A stretch of DNA of 46,334 nucleotides from a virus (lineage: Duplodnaviria; Caudoviricetes): the IMG/VR virus record IMGVR_UViG_3300020045_000388, positions 1-46,334 of that record. One strand, given 5' to 3'. Under the pieces are notes generated by a model. The model did not search any database, was not told the DNA's origin, and saw nothing but the letters and a program-made list of their open reading frames with translations. This document shows positions 24,740-34,084 of the stretch, piece after piece; the first letter of the stretch is position 1; the number at the start of each line of letters is the position of its first letter. The translations under genes were made by a program, and so were the position numbers.

Positions 24740-25879
24740 TTAAGAGAACAAACTAGATAGGCCTTCACCAGCCCATTTGTTAAAGCCACTGGATTCCCCA
24801 ACCCCAATTAGTTTATTAAGCATCTGGGCTTTAGCAGCCTGTTGCGCTTGATTTGCTGCTAGGGCTTGATTGTTACCTGCATTTACAGCACCGCCCAGAG
24901 TAGTCATACTGTTGGCAACCTGTGGAGCCATTGCTGCAAGACGTGCTTGAAGCTCAACAGCGCGAGGACCATATTGACTATTACGTCCAGAAGCAGCATC
25001 CTTACGAGCTAGCTGTTGTGCAAGTTGTTGTGCGTAGGCACTGTTAGGGCTGTACATGTCTCTCAAACCAGCCATCTGAGATTGAATAGCTAGATTGGAC
25101 TGGGAAGCATTTTGTTGCAGCTGCTTGGCTTGCTTCATCCCCTGATAACCCGCAAACAAGCCTCCCAGTCCTTGTAAAGCTCCTCCCATGTTAAAGCCCC
25201 CTTGAGAAGGGGAGGCTGGCGCAGGAGTTCCACCAGAAAGACCCGCAACCTTTCCCCCTGCCATACCGCCTAATACACCTCCGATAGGACCGCCAATTCC
25301 ATAGCCAACTGCTTGACCTAGTGTTCCTAGCCCATACCCCAAAGCACTCTTGCCCAAAGAGGCCATTGGGTCAGTGCTAGTAGAAGCACGAACCCCTGCT
25401 TGGGCGAGAGCACCCAGTTTTCCAGGAATAGCATTAGCAGCAATTTGGGCTAGAGGCCTGTCTCTGGCTAAGTCTATTCCAATATTAGCCACTTTTCCAA
25501 AAGGAGTCATTCCTAGTAAACCCCTCATAGTTTTTCCAAAAGGACTGTCTACAAAATTGGACATTGTATAGTCTTGTGGCATAGAATAAGGTTCGGTAAG
25601 ACCAAAGCGACTAGCATCAGGAGGTGTATAGCCAAACAAATCATTTAAGTTAAAGTCTGATCCCCCATAGTCCGCTTCATTGGCCCCCATAAAACCATAA
25701 GAACTTTCTGATGGAGACAGACCTATACCAGAGAAATCTAGGGAAGGAGCACTAGACAAACTATAGTCATAGTTACTGGATGCCCAATTATCCCCACTAG
25801 AATCTGCTCCATAATTACCGCCAGTATCTCCACCTACTCCCTCAGCGGCGCCACCTTCTGTATCCGAACCATAGCTCAT
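24740..25879 (-). CDS. DNA pilot / ejection-like protein
   Basis: Acidic Gly/Ser N-terminus, Gly-rich hydrophobic core and Q/A-rich C-terminus. AAGGAGG RBS. Confidence 0.65.
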   Translation of the reverse strand: MSYGSDTEGGAAEGVGGDTGGNYGADSSGDNWASSNYDYSLSSAPSLDFSGIGLSPSESSYGFMGANEADYGGSDFNLNDLFGYTPPDASRFGLTEPYSMPQDYTMSNFVDSPFGKTMRGLLGMTPFGKVANIGIDLARDRPLAQIAANAIPGKLGALAQAGVRASTSTDPMASLGKSALGYGLGTLGQAVGYGIGGPIGGVLGGMAGGKVAGLSGGTPAPASPSQGGFNMGGALQGLGGLFAGYQGMKQAKQLQQNASQSNLAIQSQMAGLRDMYSPNSAYAQQLAQQLARKDAASGRNSQYGPRAVELQARLAAMAPQVANSMTTLGGAVNAGNNQALAANQAQQAAKAQMLNKLIGVGESSGFNKWAGEGLSSLFS

Positions 25880-25903
25880 AGAGCCTCCTTAAAATTGAAA
25901 CCA

Positions 25904-26959
25904 TTAAGCAGAGACCCAAATAGTCCCATTATAAAAAACTGGCACAACTACTGTGCCTCCGCCTGTTAAAGCCGTGTTATACACAGGTGCTAACGCATCT
26001 GTCACATAAGCTCGTCTTCCTATTGTTCCAGCAGGAAGGGTGGCTACTGTATACCCAGTTAAATACTTATTCTCCCATCTACCTGAAGAAGAAACATATT
26101 GTAATGTCTGTCCATCAGCCAGAGAAGAAATGTTTACGTCTCCCTCGAAATCCCCCAACCTGCCTCCAAAAGAAGGACGGATGAACATGCTTCCTACAGT
26201 TGAAGAAACATGAACAACAGCCGCCATAACTACTTTGGGATTGGGAGCTACTGGAATTGTTTTAGTGAGCTTACCAGCTACTGCGGGGTCTAGATATAAC
26301 AACTGACCATCTACCCAAGCTTCTGCTCCCCCTGTGGTGTCTAGCCCACGTACAAGACCATATGTAGTGATATATCCCCAGCCATTTAAAGCAATGTTTT
26401 CTGTGGCAACTCCTATAACATACAAAGCAGTGGTAGGAGTAAGGCCCGTAGCAGGGGCACCTGTTAATGCACCAGAAGCTCCAATAGAGCCTGTAAACAT
26501 CACCACCTGTCCTTCTGTTATAGCTGACGTAGCTTTAACACGAGTATATTGCTCTTCCCCTATTTGCTGTGTAGTCACTCCATTAGCCATAACCATGCTG
26601 AGGGTTTGATTCCCATCAGCAGAGTCATAGAACAGAGTACCAGCAGTTGTAGTGGGAACTCCTGTAGGTGTAGTATCAAAAGTTATGTAATTAACATCTG
26701 TGATAACACCGTTAGAAAGGTTTGTAACGTCTGTAGCTTCTGTAGCAGAGATGTGGTAGGCCCCAGTTCCTAGAATGCTCTGCAAAGAGCTATGAAGCCT
26801 TGTAGCAAGGTCTGCTAAATTAGACCCAGCAAAGTTAATCTGACTCCATGAAATAGCCCCAGCAGTTGTGATGAAATCATAAAGAGAGCGGTACCAATCC
26901 ATCCATGCGAAACTTCCCGGCTCCGACTTTGTGGGAGGAGGAGGAGGTTTAATAGCCAT
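25904..26959 (-). CDS. Tail fibre / needle-like virion protein
   Basis: Thr/Gly/Val-rich beta-type composition, downstream of the tail hub gene. Confidence 0.55.
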   Translation of the reverse strand: MAIKPPPPPTKSEPGSFAWMDWYRSLYDFITTAGAISWSQINFAGSNLADLATRLHSSLQSILGTGAYHISATEATDVTNLSNGVITDVNYITFDTTPTGVPTTTAGTLFYDSADGNQTLSMVMANGVTTQQIGEEQYTRVKATSAITEGQVVMFTGSIGASGALTGAPATGLTPTTALYVIGVATENIALNGWGYITTYGLVRGLDTTGGAEAWVDGQLLYLDPAVAGKLTKTIPVAPNPKVVMAAVVHVSSTVGSMFIRPSFGGRLGDFEGDVNISSLADGQTLQYVSSSGRWENKYLTGYTVATLPAGTIGRRAYVTDALAPVYNTALTGGGTVVVPVFYNGTIWVSA

Positions 26960-28416
26960 TACTGCTGTCCTTTATTTATATCTACTTCCAGTCCCATAAA
27001 CCTAATTAGATGTGGAGAGCTGTAGCGTAAACGAAATGCACGTCTTCGGAAGCTTCCTAGTTGTCCCATGACAGGAAAATCATAGTTGAATGTTAGGGTA
27101 CGAGCTGTGCTCCATGTCGTGTAATCATCATCGGACCACTCAATAGAGATTGTGTTGTCTACCCCTGTGCTATCTGGTACATCCCCAATAATTGCGAGGC
27201 GGTGCATGAACTTCCTGTTAATTGTGTCGAAGTCTTGCTTCTCTGTGACAATCTCACAACGAAAAGCTGTTCCTGCATCTGTAAAAACATTCTCACTCAT
27301 TGTGTAGATGTTTGTTCCACCTGAATGCAAGATGTAAGGCTTACCAGCAGGACCGTCAGCAGCAAAGGTTCCAACAAAGCCTGTAGCCCCAGTAGCTCCA
27401 GAAGTCCACTCACTCCACATTTGTGTATCAAGGCTATATACCAAGGTACGGGTAGACAGGCAGATAACATAGAGCTTCTGACTAGCCACTCTAATGGAAA
27501 AGGCTGTTGCATCCACAAGAGACGCTCCTTCTGTAAACAAAGCATTGCGTACAGCAGGAATGGAAATTTCTTTCTCTTTGAAGCCCTCACAGGACCAGAC
27601 AGTAAAACCCCCGGAGGCTGTCTGCCCTACCATGAATACCTCTTTGTCTGTGGGTACTACAGTGCCAGGAGCAGCACAGCCATATTGCTGCACAGCAGAG
27701 GTGTGTCGTCCTAGGGGACTTCCAGTAGCTTCAGCAGCATCATAAAGAAATTCAATGCTGTTGGAACCAATGGCATAGATGTAGTTGTTGTTCTTAGACA
27801 GAGCTACAATTTTATCTGGATACATCTCAGCCGAGAAATATTCCCCCGCAGTCCACAAAAGAGGATCATTCAGATTACTATTGTGAACATCCTGTGTGTC
27901 TGCCTTAGCAAGAAAGATGTAGCCATCCAGGAAAATAGGAAAGGGCACATGGGGAGTGGGGAAGTCTACAGAAACAATTTCAGTAGAAGTCGTGGAGTCT
28001 GTAAACACATACCCCTTTGTACCATCCACTAGAACAAGAGTGGTAGCTGCTACATCAGAAACATGTTCAGCAAAACCAACAAGGCCTGTAGTAGTTGTCA
28101 GAGTTAGTACACTAACCCCATTAACATAAACCTTGTCTGCCACAACAGAGAACAAATAATGAACTCCGTTAAACAGCCAATTGTACAGCCCACGTGCTTC
28201 GCCTGTATTCACTGTGTAAGCAGTAGAGAGTCCAGGGCGGCTCTTAAGGACAAACTGCTTTCCTTCTGTAGAAGGGCTCCCCAACATCTCCACCATCATG
28301 TTAACAAGCCTTGCGTCCTTTTCAGGAGTGAGGCCACTACGTTGCTGTGGGTTAGTGGCAAAACCTATCCGTTTAGTGGAGTAGGTATTAAGAGTGGGGT
28401 TTTGTGTGTAGGCCAT
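26959..28416 (-). CDS. Tail hub / packaged DNA stabilisation protein (P22 gp10-like)
   Basis: SRPGL, LDGYIF, SNLNDP..W, AEMYPD, YGCAAPGT, WSDD and LGSFRRR patterns. TAATG coupling gives the start at 28416. Confidence 0.75.
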   Translation of the reverse strand: MAYTQNPTLNTYSTKRIGFATNPQQRSGLTPEKDARLVNMMVEMLGSPSTEGKQFVLKSRPGLSTAYTVNTGEARGLYNWLFNGVHYLFSVVADKVYVNGVSVLTLTTTTGLVGFAEHVSDVAATTLVLVDGTKGYVFTDSTTSTEIVSVDFPTPHVPFPIFLDGYIFLAKADTQDVHNSNLNDPLLWTAGEYFSAEMYPDKIVALSKNNNYIYAIGSNSIEFLYDAAEATGSPLGRHTSAVQQYGCAAPGTVVPTDKEVFMVGQTASGGFTVWSCEGFKEKEISIPAVRNALFTEGASLVDATAFSIRVASQKLYVICLSTRTLVYSLDTQMWSEWTSGATGATGFVGTFAADGPAGKPYILHSGGTNIYTMSENVFTDAGTAFRCEIVTEKQDFDTINRKFMHRLAIIGDVPDSTGVDNTISIEWSDDDYTTWSTARTLTFNYDFPVMGQLGSFRRRAFRLRYSSPHLIRFMGLEVDINKGQQ

Positions 28417-29123
28417 TAGTGTTTCCCTGCCCAATCAGGCATTAAATACAAAGAACCCTCTTCCGTCCCATAAGCAAGAGCTTGTTGATGGAAGAATTCA
28501 GCTTCTTTCATCATGGCTGCTCTGTCTTGAATTGGTACACCATATTCAGGAGCAAGCCGCCAAGCCAGTCCATAAATCAAAGCTTCTGTCCAATAGGGAG
28601 GGAAGTCAAAATCATCGGTAGCCGTGTTCATGTCCTCAAAGGGACGCTGATAAACCAGTGTGATAATGGTTGTAGAATCGTCTGGAATAGGCCAGAGATT
28701 TACCACACCATAGGTAGACAGGGGCTGATAATACAGATTGATTGGTACCCCTGACGAGATGGTCAAAGGAAGTAGATTAAAGTTGTAATTGGTGTAAACA
28801 TTCATAGGAACATTCACACTGTTTGTTTGGTTGCGGTAGGCCTGTAACACCTTCAAGGGCATTGGTGTGTTTAGAGTTTGGCTATTACCAATGTTGTACA
28901 CAGAGGTGCCAGAAACCACCGTGAAGGTGTATTTCTTAATAGCCCAAACTGGCATACCATCTGCCTGAAACCCTTTAACCATAGCATTAAGAGTTTCAGC
29001 AGCATTAGTAATTTCGTAGGTAGCAGGGGAGCTACCACCCGACAAAACAGCCAGTTTACGAAGAGCCCCATTAATAACCTCATCCCGCTGTAGGGACCAA
29101 ACTGTTGTGCCGGATGTAGCCAT
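28416..29123 (-). CDS. Head-to-tail adaptor (P22 gp4-like)
   Basis: MATSGT..., INGALRKL, LNAMV, WPIPD and YGLAWRLAPEYG patterns. Confidence 0.75.
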   Translation of the reverse strand: MATSGTTVWSLQRDEVINGALRKLAVLSGGSSPATYEITNAAETLNAMVKGFQADGMPVWAIKKYTFTVVSGTSVYNIGNSQTLNTPMPLKVLQAYRNQTNSVNVPMNVYTNYNFNLLPLTISSGVPINLYYQPLSTYGVVNLWPIPDDSTTIITLVYQRPFEDMNTATDDFDFPPYWTEALIYGLAWRLAPEYGVPIQDRAAMMKEAEFFHQQALAYGTEEGSLYLMPDWAGKH

Positions 29124-29125
29124 AT

Positions 29126-29497
29126 TTATTTCCTGTTAAAATTTGCAACGATGCGTGAGCCAAATAGAAAGCCGAAAGCAATGTTTGCTGCTTCTAGAGC
29201 AATGGCCTGCACCTCTGGTGTTACTTGTAAGAAGAGAGTACTCAGGCCTGTAGCAATGACGCTGAGAGCCCCCAGATAGCGCGCAGAAGCCCTTAAATCC
29301 ACAACCCACTGGCTAGGTAGCCCAATAGGTGTATCGAGTATTGCAAGGGCTTTAATCTTCTCTATCTCATTACCATCTAGTTTGATTTGCTCGTCCACAG
29401 AAGTAGCACGAACACCACCAAACCACCTAGCTGCTGCTTGTTTAAGACCCTCTACTCCAACAGGAAGGAGGGCACCTATAATGCTTTCAAGTAACAT
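29126..29497 (-). CDS. Putative holin / membrane protein
   Basis: Hydrophobic segments and a C-terminal GFLFGSR ending typical of 3TM holin-like proteins. Confidence 0.55.
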   Translation of the reverse strand: MLLESIIGALLPVGVEGLKQAAARWFGGVRATSVDEQIKLDGNEIEKIKALAILDTPIGLPSQWVVDLRASARYLGALSVIATGLSTLFLQVTPEVQAIALEAANIAFGFLFGSRIVANFNRK

Positions 29498-29552
29498 AAA
29501 ATTCCTAAAGTTGTGTTATTATGACTACTGGTGACATGGACACGTTATTTGA

Positions 29553-29696
29553 TCAGTCCAGATACCAGAACCAGTCGGCCCGCTGCCCCTTAGTAGAAAC
29601 TAGTGGAAAGTGAGCTGCGTTTAAAGAGACTTTGAAGCGTTGGATTGCCATTGGCGTGGCTATTGTTGCGGCGGCGGTGCTTGTGGGTTCGGGCAT
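29553..29696 (-). pseudogene. Chimeric gene remnant after the tailspike
   Basis: Short ORF MPEPTSTAAATIATP-MAIQRFKVSLNAAHFPLVSTKGQRA looks like two truncated N-termini fused. Confidence 0.35.
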
Positions 29697-29698
29697 TT

Positions 29699-31360
29699 TT
29701 AAATTCCACCTGTTGTCGGTATCTCTGTCGGAAATCTCCATGTGGTCAAGTCCCACCATGAGATATTTGGATATACTGCTCTGTTTGGATAGACTGAAAA
29801 GTTACCTGCGCCATCCGTGCTAACAGTTACAGGAACGTATTTATTTGCAACTCCATCAAATGCTTGCATAGAAGAAAAAAACACTAAACTGTCAGGACAC
29901 ATTCCGGCAGGAACTGTCATAAAAATATCATTTGTTGAAGCTGCTGATGATATGCGTCCATACCCTTGCGTTACACCACTTTTAACAACTAGGCCAGTAG
30001 CCTGTCCGAATGAACTTGCCCAGCCATTAACCAATGCCGGGACTACATCGTTTACTTTTAAAGTGCCAACGTACTGACCAACGGTGCTTGACGACTGAAC
30101 ATTGATGACGGATTTTGAATCAACAACACCGCCTGCATTTGCCGCGTTGATTGTTCCAAACGTAAACTTTGTTAATGCCGATCCAATACTAACGGCTCCA
30201 GACGTAAAATCTATAATTCTGGCCGTGCCAATCACTACATCGTTGGGATGTGTGCCGGGCACGTTTGCGGTTGTTGAAATTCCGACGCCAACACCGTTTT
30301 TAAGTGTCAAGGTGTTTGCCGCCAGGCCATACACAGGCCCCCTGACGTCAAGCCCGTTTGAACCATTCAGCGTCGTGATGTTCCCCAATACAACACCAGT
30401 AGCCGGGAATGTGGATGCAGCGTTTACTAAAACATTCGTCCCAGTGAGCGGATTTGTTGACGAATTAAAGACAGTAATATTATTTACTGTTACTTGGCTT
30501 AACTCTGCGGTCTCTGATTCCACTCTTACTGCGGCATATCCCCTGGATGTCAGATTGTATGAAATAATGTCGGAGACATTAACCCTTGCAACAGGCCCAT
30601 AATCATTCGATTTGATGTACACATTACTGTTATCGCACTCAATGCCAACCAGTTTTCCGCACTGAAAATCAGAGACTTTCAATACAACACCAAACCATCC
30701 ACCAATCCCGACAATGTTATCGGCTGATCCGTATTGAAGAGATTCGAGCAGCACCGCATGGAATGCTGCCTGCACGTCGGTGTAATCACCCAAGCGAATC
30801 ATTCCGACAATGTTTTTAAAGTGGTTATTTTTGTTAAGCACTCCTAGCTGTGCTGCATTGTGTGCAACAAAGGCGTTATTGCCAGCACCTGCTGTGTATG
30901 TGTTGGTGTAAGTAATTCCGCAGTCAACACCAAAGTTTTCACATCGCACATGGTTGCCGTCTACCATGAGCGACCCAAGCAGAATTGATCCCCCGGTCAG
31001 TGCTGTAAATCCCGCGTTATAGCCTGGCATTTGCTGGCCCAAGATGACTATTTTTTCTCGTGTAATCCCCTTATCACCAATTCTGTATGATTTGCTTCCT
31101 AGCAAAATTGGCAGTCCCGAAGCTACAGCCAAATCCCATGCCGCTGAATCGCTTGTCACGCCGTCACCCACTGCCCCGTAGGACTCAAGTGAGCGTCCAA
31201 AAAAGTAATCAAAGCGCTGTAATTCGGCTTGTACAGTCGTAGCCACCGCCCCCGTGCCAGCAGGTGTGTATACCGCAGTGCCCTCATAGGTCGCATCATT
31301 AACATCATTCAGCCAAGCACTGTCAATTGTCGTTCCAGAAACAAAAGTTTTTGAGGTCAT
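29699..31360 (-). CDS. Tailspike / receptor-binding protein with a pectate-lyase-like beta-helix
   Basis: Anchor GTTIDSAWLNDVN, AGTGAVATTVQ, YGAVGDGVTSDSAA, then Asn/Gly/Val-rich repeats. Confidence 0.8.
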   Translation of the reverse strand: MTSKTFVSGTTIDSAWLNDVNDATYEGTAVYTPAGTGAVATTVQAELQRFDYFFGRSLESYGAVGDGVTSDSAAWDLAVASGLPILLGSKSYRIGDKGITREKIVILGQQMPGYNAGFTALTGGSILLGSLMVDGNHVRCENFGVDCGITYTNTYTAGAGNNAFVAHNAAQLGVLNKNNHFKNIVGMIRLGDYTDVQAAFHAVLLESLQYGSADNIVGIGGWFGVVLKVSDFQCGKLVGIECDNSNVYIKSNDYGPVARVNVSDIISYNLTSRGYAAVRVESETAELSQVTVNNITVFNSSTNPLTGTNVLVNAASTFPATGVVLGNITTLNGSNGLDVRGPVYGLAANTLTLKNGVGVGISTTANVPGTHPNDVVIGTARIIDFTSGAVSIGSALTKFTFGTINAANAGGVVDSKSVINVQSSSTVGQYVGTLKVNDVVPALVNGWASSFGQATGLVVKSGVTQGYGRISSAASTNDIFMTVPAGMCPDSLVFFSSMQAFDGVANKYVPVTVSTDGAGNFSVYPNRAVYPNISWWDLTTWRFPTEIPTTGGI

Positions 31361-31599
31361 TATTTATCCACTTTCGTGTCCAATTTATTTTCAATTCGTT
31401 GTAAGAAGCCAAGAATCTCAGAACGAAACTCTTTGAAATCATCCTTACGTGTATAATTCTGTGCAACATAATCCTTAAGAGTAATCATGTCAATGCGTAG
31501 GTCTTTAACAGCAGCCCAAAGTTCACGAGCAAACCACCCTAGAACTCCTACCCCTGCTAGCAACATATAATTTAAGAATTCTAGAGTAGGCATAATCAT
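31360..31599 (-). CDS. Small single-TM coiled-coil protein (holin/antiholin-like)
   Basis: N-terminal transmembrane segment, then YTRKDDF...RIENKLD. Confidence 0.6.
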   Translation of the reverse strand: MIMPTLEFLNYMLLAGVGVLGWFARELWAAVKDLRIDMITLKDYVAQNYTRKDDFKEFRSEILGFLQRIENKLDTKVDK

Positions 31600-31958
31600 G
31601 AAAGGAATTTAAGTTTATAAATGGTAGATAGGTATAAACCAACCACCTCGTCAATTATGTTCTGCAAAGGAGAGTCTGTCTTATCACAAATATCATACCG
31701 TCCTGCTTCAATATCCTTAAGTTGGTCTTCCAAGAAAGAAACAATATCAGCTGTCTTCTTAGCAGACTGCAAAGAGATGCTGCCTAGCAGACCATAACGG
31801 CCTTGATATGCTTCTGCAAAGGAGTCCGCTAGGACGACAATACCGTGGTAAAATGTATCAAGAGTCATGTGTTTAGCATAGCTCTTTGTGGACAGGTGTG
31901 TAACGTGTGCAAAGTCTCGTGCAAGGAACAACGTGCCTATTAGAATGTTCGGAGTCAT
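31596..31958 (-). CDS. Ferritin/Dps-like four-helix protein (DUF5856-like)
   Basis: H..HL..KSYAKH..L..FY, D..AEAYQGRYG, LQNIIDE and YKLKFL patterns. Confidence 0.7.
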   Translation of the reverse strand: MTPNILIGTLFLARDFAHVTHLSTKSYAKHMTLDTFYHGIVVLADSFAEAYQGRYGLLGSISLQSAKKTADIVSFLEDQLKDIEAGRYDICDKTDSPLQNIIDEVVGLYLSTIYKLKFLS

Positions 31959-32297
31959 TTAGTATACCAATAAAGGGTTTTCATCATTAGGGTTTGCTGT
32001 GGGGTCTGCTATGTCTGCACGAGCACAATCTGCTGTTCCTATGTCCGCCATTCCGAACCTCCCCCATACAGAGCAGATGTAGCCAAGGAAGGTGTCTTCT
32101 GCTGGATAGGGACGAGAGAAGGGAACTGAAATTTTCTCTTTCTGTACACGTAGGAAATCACTTTCATGACGAAGCTCATAATCTTCTTGACAGACGAGTA
32201 AACCATCCCACCGTTTCTTAAGGTCTAAAGCCTTAAACTTCCGGCCACAAGAATCACAAAGAGCGTTGTAATTCCCAAGAATCAGGTTATTCCGCAT
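31959..32297 (-). CDS. Conserved phage Zn-binding hypothetical protein
   Basis: CDSCGRKF...WDGLLVC..DYE.RH. Confidence 0.7.
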   Translation of the reverse strand: MRNNLILGNYNALCDSCGRKFKALDLKKRWDGLLVCQEDYELRHESDFLRVQKEKISVPFSRPYPAEDTFLGYICSVWGRFGMADIGTADCARADIADPTANPNDENPLLVY

Positions 32298-32739
32298 AGT
32301 GATTCCTTTTCTTTATGTTTTCTATGGCTGGTAAATGCTGTAGATTGGTTTCTACATGCAGGCCTGAGACATGTTTTCCTTTTAAAGGAACAATGTGGTC
32401 TACATGCCACCCTTTGGGACAAGTAAGATAAATTTGTTTGATCTTTTCTAGGTTTGCCCAAGGGGGAACTTGACCATGTTTACGCATTCTATATAGTTTG
32501 GCTCTATGTGCATCATAGGCTTTGTTATTAATTCTCCAAGTCCTAGTAGCTTGTAAAGCTTTCTCTGGATTAAGAACATAAGCTGCTTTCCTAATCTCAG
32601 CTGCCTGTTCGGGATGAGCCTTAAGCCACACCGTATTGGAGGCATTTCTACAAGATTTGCACTGTCGCCTGGGACGACCATCAGAATGTAGATAGAATAG
32701 AGAGATTTCTTTGTCCTCTCCACATTTAGTACATATCAT
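32287..32739 (-). CDS. HNH endonuclease
   Basis: CTKC...CKSC and HVDHIVPLKG..VSGLHVETNLQ.....N..K.N. Confidence 0.88.
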   Translation of the reverse strand: MICTKCGEDKEISLFYLHSDGRPRRQCKSCRNASNTVWLKAHPEQAAEIRKAAYVLNPEKALQATRTWRINNKAYDAHRAKLYRMRKHGQVPPWANLEKIKQIYLTCPKGWHVDHIVPLKGKHVSGLHVETNLQHLPAIENIKKRNHYAE

Positions 32740-32778
32740 AATGCGTTCCAGTTGCCGGGAATTAAATGATTTCTCATA

Positions 32779-33039
32779 TTAAATTCCTGCTTGTTGTTTG
32801 GCTTCTAGTTCATAAGGACTGTTGTCATAGCCATAGATTAACAAATACCAAAACACTTTAATAGTCCACATGAAAGCTCCGTCTCTTTCTATTTGCCTAA
32901 GGTGGACTTGCTCATGTTCCCATAAAGCTAAATTGTTTTGCTTCTCAGGAAGACAATACACAACTTTCCATGGCGTTGTTACAGCCCATGCTCCTGACAG
33001 CTTTAAGAATAGTAGTATTATTCCTGTGGCGGGTTGCAT
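32779..33039 (-). CDS. Small protein with an HExxH motif
   Basis: HEQVH..Q and Y..SPYELEA, a minimal zincin-like pattern. Confidence 0.65.
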   Translation of the reverse strand: MQPATGIILLFLKLSGAWAVTTPWKVVYCLPEKQNNLALWEHEQVHLRQIERDGAFMWTIKVFWYLLIYGYDNSPYELEAKQQAGI

Positions 33040-33407
33040 GTCTGTAGTCCCAAACGTGTCATAGCAGCCAAAGGTTCCTGATCACTCACATCCACCATGC
33101 TCATGATCTGCATGATTTGCTCAACAGGCGGCGACACAGCACCAGAGGCTTCAGCCAGTGCCACGAATGCTGCCGGGTCATACGGATCAGTTGACCAGAC
33201 ACCTTCTACATCGTGGCTGAATGGCATGATCTTAGCGAAGTCATCACCAATGAGGCCAGTCGAAATCCAGTGAGTAGCAGGCTCTGCGCCAGTAGGAGAT
33301 AAGCCTGTTGTCCACATACCAGAGGCGGCAGGGCCGAATGAGTCGGCTAGAGCGCGGACTGTCGGGGCTATGGTGGCGGGGACGATCATGCAGCGGTGGA
33401 CATTCAT
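33018..33407 (-). CDS. Hypothetical protein (tail-fibre associated)
   Basis: MNVHRCMIVPA...GLSPTGAEPATHWISTG, with ATGA overlap at 33407. Confidence 0.65.
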   Translation of the reverse strand: MNVHRCMIVPATIAPTVRALADSFGPAASGMWTTGLSPTGAEPATHWISTGLIGDDFAKIMPFSHDVEGVWSTDPYDPAAFVALAEASGAVSPPVEQIMQIMSMVDVSDQEPLAAMTRLGLQTCNPPQE

Positions 33408-33583
33408 GCCCAATCTCCCCAATCAAGAGCATCTGCTTTACCTAGAAGCACCCGCAAAGCAGCTTTAATACGTAGCATCAAGAAAGTATTTTCCGCAGAT
33501 TTCAAACGAATTGGGTGCCATGTTTTTCCATCCGAAGAACCTTGTACCTCTTTGGAAGATGTTATTAAGTCTTGTATCTTCAT
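33404..33583 (-). CDS. Small hypothetical protein (59 aa, not in the track)
   Basis: GGAG RBS, then MKIQDLI...RIKAALRVLLGKADALDW. Confidence 0.6.
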   Translation of the reverse strand: MKIQDLITSSKEVQGSSDGKTWHPIRLKSAENTFLMLRIKAALRVLLGKADALDWGDWA

Positions 33584-34084
33584 TTAGTATGCTCCCCTTG
33601 CAAATTCGCCGTGATATTGCATTGCTGCAACTTGGTAAGCCGCGCCTGCCAATTCAGCAGTAGCGTGATACTTGAGGCTTATGAACTTGCCACCCGCTTT
33701 AATCCTCGCGTGCCATTTGTTAATCCGCTTGTTCAAGTACACACCTTTAAACCCACTTGTGTTATTGCATTGTGTTTCCCGGTTCATGTTATTTTGTGAA
33801 CGGGTCGCCTCACGAAGGTTTGACGGATCATTGTTGCTCGGATTCCCGTCAACGTGATCTACCTCATTTGGATAGAACCCATTAACCATTGCGAAAATGA
33901 TACGGTGTGCTAGATACAAAGTTCCACCAAACCCAATGAGGACATACCCGTCACGTCTTGTTTTTCCCGCAGGTTTCCCAATAACAACCTTTTTTGCGAC
34001 CTTTTTCTTCCAATAGAGAACGCCATCTACCAGAGAAAACACCTCATTGACTGTCTCAATAGGCATATTTGGCTTAGTACGCAT
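33584..34084 (-). CDS. HNH-AP2 homing endonuclease
   Basis: AHRIIF...VDHVDGNPSNNDPSNLREAT..QN and an AP2 domain NTSGFKGV...KWHARI...A..AY..AA...HGEFA. Confidence 0.9.
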   Translation of the reverse strand: MRTKPNMPIETVNEVFSLVDGVLYWKKKVAKKVVIGKPAGKTRRDGYVLIGFGGTLYLAHRIIFAMVNGFYPNEVDHVDGNPSNNDPSNLREATRSQNNMNRETQCNNTSGFKGVYLNKRINKWHARIKAGGKFISLKYHATAELAGAAYQVAAMQYHGEFARGAY

